Below are positions 51,325 through 64,000 of a stretch of DNA of 64,000 bases, piece after piece. The notes under the pieces were generated by a model. That model searched no databases and was not told the origin of the DNA. It worked only from the letters and a program-made list of their open reading frames with translations. A program made the translations under genes and the position numbers. The stretch lies in assembly GCF_009914755.1 (NCBI RefSeq), contig NC_060936.1; one strand, written 5' to 3'. Source of the DNA: the human T2T-CHM13v2.0 reference genome, Homo sapiens. The stretch's first letter is position 1. Each line of letters starts with the position of its first letter.

Positions 51325-53583
51325 TGTATTAGTCTGTTTTCACACTGCTGATAAAGACATAACTGACTGAGACTTGGCAATTTACAAAAGAAAGAGGTTT
51401 AACGGACTTACATTTCCACGTAGCTGAGGAAGGCTCACAATCATGTTGGAAGGCAAGAAAAAGCAAGTCATGTCTCACATGGATGGCAGCAGGCAAAGAG
51501 AGAGCTTCTGCAGGGAAACTACCCTTTTTAAAACCATCAGACCTTGTGAGACGTATTCACTATCACGAGAACAACATGGGAAAGACCTGCCCCCATGACT
51601 CAATTACTTCCCACCAGGTCCCTCCCACAACATGTGGGAATTCAAGATGAGATTTGGGTGGGAACACAACCAAAGCATATCATTCTGCCCCTGGCCCTTG
51701 CCAAATATCATTTCAAAACAAATTATGCCTTCCCAACAGTCCCCCAAAGTCTTAACTAAGTTCAGCATTCACTCAAAAGTCCACAGTCCAAAGTCTCATG
51801 TGAGACGAGGCAAATCCCTTCCACCTATGAGCATGTAAAATCAAAAACTAGTTAGTTACTTCCTAGATACAATGGGGGTATAGGCATTGGGTAAACACAG
51901 TCATTCCAAATGGGAAAAAAATGCCAAAACAAAGGGGCTACAGGCCCCATGCAAGCCCAAAATCCAGTGGGGCAGTCAAATCTCAAAGCTCCAAAATGAT
52001 CTCCTTTGACTCCATGTCTCACATGCAGGTCATGCTGATGTAAGAGGTGGGCTCCCATGGCCTTGGGAGAAAAAAGGCCACAGCTCCACTCCTGTGGCTT
52101 TGTGGGTATAAACCCCCTCCTGTCTCTTTCACAGGTTGGCATTGAGTGTCTGCAGCTTTTCCAGGCACACAGTGCAAGCTGTCAGTGAATCCAACATTCT
52201 GGGGTCTGGAGGATGGTGGCCCTCTTCTCACAGCTCCACTAGGTGGTGCTGCAGTAGGGACTCTATGTGGGGGCTCCGACCCCACATTTCCCTTCTGCAC
52301 TGCCCTAGTAGAGGTTCTCCATGAATGCCCTGCCCCTGCAGCAAACTCCTGCCTGGACAACTAGGCATTTCCATACACCTTCTGAAGTCTAGGCAGCAGT
52401 TCTGAAACCTCGATTTTTGACTTCTGTGCACCCATAGGCTCAACACTATGTGGAAGCTGCTAAGGTTTGGGGCTTGCACCCTCTGAAGCCACAGCCCACA
52501 TTGTACCTTGGCTCCTTTTAGCTGCAGCTGGAGTGACTAAGGCACCCGAGGCTGCTCACAGCAGGGGGGACCTGGGTCCAGTCCACAAAACCATCTTTTC
52601 TTCCTAGGCCTCTGGGCCTTTGATGGGAGGGGCTGCCATGAAGCTCTGTGACATGCCCTGGAGACATTTTCCCCATTGTCTTGGAGATTCACATTTGACT
52701 CCTCGTTACTTAAACAAACTTCTGCAGCCAGATCGAATTTTTCTTGAGAAAATGGGATTTTTCTTTTCTATTGCATTGTCAGGCTGCAAATCTTCCAAAC
52801 TTTTATGCTCTGCTTCCCTTATAAAACTGAGGGCCTTTAACAGCACCCAAGTCATCTCTTGAATGCTTTGCTGCTTAGAAATTTCTTCTACCAGATAACC
52901 TAAGTCATCTCTCTCAAGTTCAAAATTCCACAAATCTCTACAGCAGGGGCAAAATGCCACCAGTCTCTTTGCTAAAACATAACAGGAGTCACTTTTGTGC
53001 CAGTTCCTGACAAGTTCCTCATTTCCATCTGAGACCACCTCAGCCTAGACTTTATTGTCCATATAATCATCAGCATTTTGGGCAAGTCTCTAGGAAATCT
53101 CTTCCAAATTTTCCCACATTTTCCTGTCTCCTTCTGAGCCCTCCAACCTCTGCCTGTTTCCCAGTTCCAAAGTCACTTCCACATATTCAGGTATCTTTTA
53201 GGAACACCCCACTTCTTGTACCAATTTACTGTATTAGCCCATTCTCACACAGCTGATAAAGACACATACAAGACTGGGAAATTTACAAAAGAAAGAGGTT
53301 TAATGGACTTACAGTTCTACGTTGCTGGGGAGGCTTCAAAATCATTGCGGAAGTCAAGGAGAGACAAGTCACATCTTACAGGGATGGCAGCAGGCAAAGA
53401 GAGAGCTTGAGCAAGGAAACTCCTCCTTTTAAAACCATCAGATCTCATGAGACTTACTCACTATCAAAAGAATAGCATGGAAGATACCTGCCCCCATGAT
53501 TCAACTACTTCCCACTGGGTCCCTCCCACAACACATGGGAATTCAAGACGAGATCTGAGTGGGGACACAGCAAAACCAAATCA
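51325..53583 (-). mobile_element. Complete THE1 (MaLR) provirus
   Basis: LTRs 51325-51682 and 53230-53583 (tgtattag...cac.ctgctgataaagac), about 1.55-kb internal region, flanks aaagg/aaaga. Confidence 0.9.
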
Positions 53584-55740
53584 AAAGAATATACAAAATA
53601 ACCAGAAAACAATGAACAAAATGACAGGAATAAGTCCTCACCTATCAATAATAACTTTGAATATGTGTTAAATTACCTACTTAAAAGATAGAGACAGGCT
53701 TGATGGATAAAAAATGACCCAACAACATCTCCAAGAAACTCACTTCACTTGTAAAGACACACACAGACTGAAAGTGAAGGGACTGAAAAAGATATGCCAC
53801 ACAAACAGAAATCAAAAGTAATCAGGAGTAGCTAAACTTGCATCAGATAAAACAGACTTTAGGTCAAAAACTGTAAAAAGGACAAAGAAGGTCATTATAT
53901 GGTAATAAAGGGATAAATTCAGCAACAAAATATAACAATTCTAAATATGCATGCAACCAACACAAGTGCATCCAGACACACATAGCAAATATTATTAAAT
54001 CTACAGGGAGAGATAGAGTCCAATACAATGATAGTTGAGAACTTCAACATCCTACTGTCAGCATTGGACAGTTCATCTAGACATAAAATCAACAAAGAAA
54101 CATTAGACTTAAGCTGCACTTTAGACCAAATGGACCTAACAGATATTTTCAGAATATTTCATCCAGCAGCAGCAGAATACACAATCATCTCATCAACACA
54201 TGGAACATTCTCCAGGATAGACCATATGTTAGGACACAAAACAAGGCTCAACAAAATTTTAAACATTAAAATCATATCAAGTATCTTCTCAGACCACAAT
54301 GGAATAAAACTTGAAATCAATAACAAGAAGAAATTTGGAAACTGTACAAATACATGGACATTAAATGTGCTATTGAATGATCATTGGGTCAATGAAGAAA
54401 TTAAGATGGAAATCAAAAAATTTTTTTAAACAGAAAATGGAAACACATCATGCAAAACCAATGGGATACAGCAAAAGCAGTACTAGGAGGAAGGTTTATA
54501 GCAATAAATGCCTACACCAAAAAAGTAGAAAGATCTCAAATAAACAACCTAATGATGCACCTCAAGGAACTCAAAAAGCAAGAACAAACCAAACACACAA
54601 TTAGTAGAAAGAAAAAAAAATAACAGCAGAACCAAATGCAACAGAGACAAACAAGAAATGCAAAGAATCAACAAGATAAAAGTTGTTTTTTTGAAAAGTT
54701 AAACAAAATTGATAAACCACTAGTGAGGCTAACCAAAAAAAAAAGAAAAGAAAAGAAAAAAGGAGACCCAAATAAATACAATCAGAAATGAAAAAGGAGA
54801 CATTACAACTGTTACCAAAGAAATAAAAAGGATGATTAGAGGCTATTATGAACAACCATATCCTAACAAATTGGAAAACTTAGAAGAAAGGGATAAATTC
54901 CCAGACATACACAGCCTACCAAGATTGAACTAGGAAGAAACAGAAAACCTGAACTGACTCAAAATGAATAGCAGGTTTGAATCAGTAACAAAAAGTCTCC
55001 CTAAAGAGAAAAGCCCTAGACTAGGCTTTTATGCTGATTTCTACCCAGTTTATAAAGAAAAACAAACACCAATTCTTCTCAAACTATTCCCAAAAATTGA
55101 AGAGGAGGGAATTCTTCCTAACTCATTGTATAAGGCCAGCATTACCCTGATATCCAATCAAGACAAGGAAACAACAGAAAGAGAAAACTACAGGCCAATA
55201 TTCCTAATGAACACAGATGGAAACATTCTCAGCATAATACTACCAAGCCAAATCTAATGATGAATGAAAAAGATAATATACCATGATCAAGTGGGATTTA
55301 TCCCAGGAATGCAAAGATGGCTTAACAAACACAAAATCAATGCATGTGATACATCACATCAACAAGATGAAAGGCAAAAACTATCTGATCATCTCAGCAG
55401 ATGCAGAAAAATCACTCGGTAAAACTTACCATTCCTTCATGATGAAAACTCTCAACAAATTAGGCATAGAAGGAACACTTCCACATAAGAAAAGGCATAT
55501 ATGACTAATCTACAGCTAACATCCTACTCACTGGGAAAAATTGAAAAGCTTTCCCTCTAAGAACTGGAACAAGACAAGGATGCCCACTTTCACCACTCTT
55601 ATTCAACACAGTATGGGACATCCAAGCCAGAGTGATCAGACAAGATAAAGAAATAAAAGGCATCCAAACTAGACAAGAGGAAGTCAAATTGTCTCACTTT
55701 GCAGATGACATAATCTTATACTTGTAAACAGAAAAACCTA

Positions 55741-56077
<337 letters not shown>

Positions 56078-56591
56078 TTTAAAAAAACAGATGTATAATT
56101 CAGTAAAGCTTCAGGACACAAAATCAACATACAAAAATCAGTAATGTTTCTATATATCAGTAACAAACTAGCTAAAAAAGAAACCAAGGAAGAAATTCTA
56201 TTTACAATAGCTACAAAAATAAAATACCTAGGAATAAACTTAACCAAGGATGGGGAAAAACAAAACAAACAAACAAACAAACAAAAAAAAACCTCTGCAA
56301 TGAAAACCACAAAACACTGATAAAATAAATTGAGAAGACACAAACAAATGGAAAAGCATCTCATGCCCGTGGGTTGGAATTACTAATACTGTTAAAATGA
56401 CCATACTACCCGAAGCAATCTAGAGATTCAGTATAATCCCTATCAATTATATTCTTCACAGAAACAGGAAAAAAAAAAACCCTGAAATTCATATGGAACC
56501 ACAGAAGACCCCAAATAGCCAAAGGAATACTGAGCAAAAAGAACAAAGCTAGAAGCCTCACACTACCCGATTTAAAGGTATACTGCAAAGC

Positions 56592-56848
56592 AGCTGGGCG
56601 TGGTGGCTCACGCCTGTAATCCCAGCACTTGGGGAGGCCAAGGCGGGTGGATCATGAGGTCAGGAGATCGAGACCATCCTGGCTAACACGGTGAAACCCC
56701 GTCTCTATTAAAAAAAAAAACAAAAAGTTAGCCGAGGCTGAGGCAGGAGAATGGCGTGAACCCGGGAGGCAGAGCTTGCAATGAGCCTAGATTGCATCAC
56801 TGCACTCCAGCCTGAGTGACAAGGCAAGACTCTGTCTCAAAAAAAAAA

Positions 56849-56852
<4 letters not shown>
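56592..56852 (+). mobile_element. AluY with internal deletion
   Basis: gagatcgagaccatcctggctaacacgg, aatggcgtgaacc; ttagcc joined to gaggctgagg; TSD atactgcaaagc. Confidence 0.9.

Positions 56853-56936
<84 letters not shown>
56853..56936. repeat. (TA)n(CA)n compound microsatellite
   Basis: Directly visible. Confidence 0.95.
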
Positions 56937-56938
<2 letters not shown>

Positions 56939-58461
56939 TGCAAAGCTATAGTAACCAAAACAGCGTGTATTGGTATTAAAACAGACACAAAAACAAAGGA
57001 AACAGACTAAAGAACCCAGAAATGAATCCACGTATTTTCAGCTGATTTTCAAGAAAGGTGTCAAGAACATATATTGAATAAAGGACACCCTCTTCATTAA
57101 ATGGTGCCAGGAAAACTAGATATCCAAACACAGAAGAATAAAACTAGACCCTTATCTCTCATCACTTACACAAATAAACTCAAAATCGATTAAAGACTTA
57201 AATGTAACAGCCACAACTATAAAACTACTAGAAGTAAACACAGGAGAAATGCTTCAGAACAAAGGTTGTATGGCTAACACTTAAAAAGTACGAGCAACAA
57301 AAACAGACAAATGGGATTATATTAAACTAAAAACCTTCTGCATATCAAAGAAAACAATCAACAGAGTGAAAAGACAACACCCCTCCTTTACGCCATATAC
57401 AAAAATTAACTCAAGATAGCCTACAGACTTAAATGTAAAACCCATAACTATAAAAACCCTGGAAGACAACCTAGGCAATACCATCCGGTACATAGTGATG
57501 GGCTAAGAGTTCATGGTGAAGATGCCAAACGCAATTGCCACAAAAGCAAAAACTGACAAATGGGATCAAATTAAATGAAAGAGCTTCTGCACAGCAAAAG
57601 AAACTATCAAAAAATAAACAGACATTTCTCAAAAGAGGATATACAAATCACCAAGTTTATGAAAAAATATTCAACATCACTAATAATCACGGAAATGCAA
57701 ATCAAAACCACAGTGAGATATCATCTCGCACTTGTTAGAATGGCTATTATTAAAAAGACAAAGCACAACAAATGCTGGCAAGCATGTGAAGAGAAGAAAA
57801 TTATCGTATATTGTTGGTGGGAATGTAAATTAGTACAGCCATTATGAAAAAAAGTACAGATTTCTCAAAATCTAAGAACAGATCTACCATATGATCCAGC
57901 AATCCCACTTCTGGGTATATATCCAAAAAAAAGGATATCAGTTTATCAACGGGATATCTGTACCCCCATATTTACTGCAGCACTATTTACAATAGCCAAG
58001 ATATGGAATCAATCTAAGTGTCAATCAATGGATGAATGGATAAAGAAAATGGGAATATACGCACAATAGAATAGTATTCAGCCATAAAGAAGAATGAAAT
58101 CCTGTCATTTTCAGCTAAATGGATGGAACTAAAGGTCATAAAGTTAGGTGAACTAGGCCATGCACAGAAAGAAAACTATTGCATGTTCTCACTTACATGA
58201 GCAGTTTATGCTCCTGGAAATCAAAGCGGGGGCCATGTTTCAGGTCAGTAGGGTCAGGGATAGAGACCGCAGTTATGGACTTGTGTGCCCTGGAGCTATA
58301 GAAAATTGATATCATGGAGATAAAGAGTAGAATGATAGTTACCAGAGGCTGGGAATAGGAAGGGTTTGGAAAGAGGTTGATTAATGGGTATAAAAATATA
58401 TAATAGAAGGAATAAGATCTAGTGTTCCATATCACAGAAAGTGACTACAATTGTATATTTC

Positions 58462-60606
<2,145 letters not shown>

Positions 60607-61350
60607 ATTGTATATTTCTAAATAGCAATAAGATTTGAAATATCTCCAACACAAAGAAATGATCAATGTTTGAGGTGATTAATATCCTAAAGACCCTGAT
60701 TTGATCATTACACATTGCATGCATGTACCAGAATCTCACATGGACCCCATAAATGTGTACAATTATTCTCTGTCAAAAACAATTTTTTAAGAAACATGCA
60801 GGAATACATTGTACCTCTTCCTTGCTGTCTCTGGATATTGTCACATAAGGACTTGACATGCAAATTGTGGCAGCCCCTGGGACCAAGAGCAGAAGGCTAT
60901 AGCAGCATAGAAAGCTCAAATGAAAAACCTAACATCTCAAGCTACTAATTTAGCCAACCTTGGCATCAGCTATCTCCGGTCTTAGTACATGAGGTGATAA
61001 GCCCCCACTGTCAAGTTGAGTGGCCATCAATTGCTGCAGAATAGAAGTTAATGAGGCTTCCTCCTCCTGGATCCCCTACTAGACCCTGACATACCCATTC
61101 AGTCACAGGCAGAAAGGGAAGCAGAGCATAAGGAGACCTGGCTGGCTCTGCCATAGGCAGATCTTACCTGTCCTGCTTGCCCTAAAAAAGCCTGGTGACT
61201 ATGCAAGGGACTGAGAGGTGGCTCCCATGGCCATAGTCTAGGCAAAATAACCCATCCACTAATAAGTGAACATGGCAGAAATACAGTCAGCATTTCCTCA
61301 GTCTTGCCAATAAAGTCAACTCCTCCACTCACCAGGGAGGAGCTGTATGA

Positions 61351-61699
<349 letters not shown>

Positions 61700-63587
61700 A
61701 CCTAACTCACTCTTGAGAGGCCAGAAGTGATGCTGGAACTTTCTTCCTCTGTGGGTTAAAAAGAGAAAATTAGGCAGAACACAAGGCATGAGAGATGCAG
61801 CGATGCATATATCTATATGCAGCTTCTGTCTGCATCCAGTAGAAAATGCATTTCTAGGCACCAGGTTTAAGAGTGAAAACCTGGAGTCTTGTCTGTTAGC
61901 ATTCTCCTTCCCCACAAACCAGAGAGGGAATACATTTGCTCCAGCACACCCGGATGTAGGAACTGTCACATTCCTATTTCTGTAACTTCAGTTAAATCTG
62001 CTCTGAGTCCCTGGATGCCTGGCAGGTGGAGAATTCAATCTTGTCGTTACCAGCATTCCTTTCCCTTCTCCATGGGCTTATGTAAGAATTCTGGACTTAC
62101 ATACTGTTGGAAAGCCAGGTAGGAACTACATCCCCCAAACTCTCCATTCTTCCAGCTGCTCATGATCCATCAACCTTCTTTGGGCCATCTGCTATAACAA
62201 GACCCTCCTCACAGCATCATTCCACTGACCCACAGGCTCAGCCCCAGGGACCCTCACTATAGCAGGTCTCCACTATGCATAGGAACTCACAAAAACCTTC
62301 TCTTCATCTTGGCTTCCTCTGATATCCAGCCACTCCCCCACTTCTCACCTTAAACACAGATGGCAGCTCCTTCCCATTGTTCCAAACCTGGGGGATTGTC
62401 CAGCCAAATTCTCTTCAGACACCAAAGCTTCACCCACCCTCTTCAGGGAGGTGATGCAAGGGCATCTGAGATCTTTGGAAGCCGAATTCTGGCTTCTCTT
62501 TGGGGTGGGCTGAGAGTGGGAACTAGACTCTCTTTTCCAAGTGCCATGTTTATCTTGTTCATCATTATATTATCTCCAATGCCTGGCACATAGCAGGCAC
62601 TACAGATTGACACTTAGTAGATGCTATTAGTGTCTGTATAATGGAACTTTTGAGGTTGGAGCTATTAACAGAAAACTGCCAAGCAAAAGGATGGAAAAAA
62701 GACCACCAAAAAAAAAAAAAAAAGAAAGAAAGAAAGAAAGCAATCATGGCTATGAGCTCTAAACACACAAGGCACCAGCCCAAGTTTGGGCAATTTTAAT
62801 ACAACAGCCATTTTGCCTCCAAACAAACTGGCACTGGAAACCTCCCTCTGCCTCTTAAAGAGAGCCACTTTCTCTTTCTCTATGTGGGTAGCATTTCTCC
62901 CCGATGGCAGTACCCAGCCCACTGCCACCAGCAAAGGACTGCATCCAGGAGCCAAGAGTTTGATAGTTTAAATAACATATTTTATAGGGAAAAACAAAGT
63001 AACATCCACATAAATCTGGAACTACCACCACTTTCCAGAGGCTGAATCCCATTTGTGGAGTCTCTTGTGTGTCAAGTACCTTGCAGTCAGCTCAATTATA
63101 TACTTTTGGGATTCGTTGCAGAGAAGAGTGAAGTTATCTGCAAAATAAAGGAACCAGGGCTCAGAATTCCCATAGCAATCCATGACAGAGGAGGTGAGTA
63201 GAAAAGGGAAGGGTGAAGTCAAAGGAGAAAAGTCAATGAGTTGGTCAACACCAAGCAAGGATCATGGGACACTCTCCATGGCCCCACAACTCAAATGAAG
63301 TCAACAAAACCCATCAATGCTTGGTGTAAGTGTTGTATGCTCCCAGAAATGAAAGCAAGGGCCAAATTTCAGGTCAGTAGGGTTGGGGGTAGAGGCAGCA
63401 GTCATGGACTTGTGGGCCCTGGAGGATGGGATGATTCTGAGATATTGAATCCCCACACTGATCTCAGTAGAAATCTCAGGTAGGGCTTCAACATTCGTGG
63501 ACCAAGGACCCTGCGGGCCTGAGAGCAACAGACTTGGTGCATGTTCCAGCTCCAGCAATCCCAACTGGGGCTTTGAACAAGTTACTT

Positions 63588-64000
63588 ATTTTTTTAACTA
63601 ATGTTATTTTAATTGACAAATCATAATTGTACACATTTATGTGGTGTTTTGTTATGTGTATACAATGTGCGATGATTACATCAAACTAATTAACATGTCC
63701 ATCCCCTAATTTACTGACAATTTTTATGATGAGAAATTTGAAATGTACCCTCTTAGTTATTTTGAAAGATACATTATTATTGACTATAGTCACGCTGCTG
63801 TGCTATAGATTTCAAAGCATGTAATCCAGCAACCCAACTTCTGGGTATAGACCAAAAAAAAATCGAAGTCAATACGTCGAAGGGATCTCTACATTCCTAT
63901 GTTCACTGCAGCACTATTCACAATACCCAAGATATAGAATCAACCTAAATGTCCATCAGTGGATGAAAGGATAAAGAAAATATACTATATACACACAACG
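63588..64000. mobile_element. Old L1MA 3' end (minus) joined to an inverted plus-strand L1 segment
   Basis: ttattttaattgacaaat.ataattgtac... then atccagcaa.cc.acttctgggtat...gcagcactattcacaata. Confidence 0.7.

Noticed and set aside
56797-57031. His/Thr and Cys/Val repeat ORFs
   Set aside because: Translations of the (TA)n(CA)n microsatellite

Overview
Primate (human-like) genomic DNA that is mostly interspersed repeats, with no intact protein-coding gene. Almost every ORF in the track comes from Alu, L1, ERV or microsatellite sequence. Gene-derived content is limited to two items: a disabled first exon of an ENPP7-like phosphodiesterase (14610-14855, minus) and a 5'-truncated processed SNRPC (U1-C) pseudogene (46209-47006, plus). 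This pairing points to the ENPP7P/SNRPCP/FAM86/ALG1L segmental-duplication family (inference; the specific copy cannot be identified here). The large elements are a full-length L1PA4-like L1 without a TSD (7077-13192), a two-LTR HERV-T/HERVS71 provirus (23509-30943, tRNA-Thr PBS, GATG TSD), MER4A and MER11 solo LTRs, and an old L1MA-like element containing a complete THE1 provirus, an antisense L1PB-like element and several Alus. The strongest signal is in the HERV-T provirus. Its gag, pol and env are heavily G>A hypermutated (Trp>stop, Gly>Arg/Lys/Ser), while the U3 of its 5' LTR carries the opposite-polarity C>T changes. This looks like a fossil record of APOBEC3 editing on both DNA strands in one reverse-transcription cycle. 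Several templated-insertion or rearrangement junctions are also visible. Repeat subfamily names come from recalled consensus sequences and were not computed. Many old-repeat boundaries are approximate.
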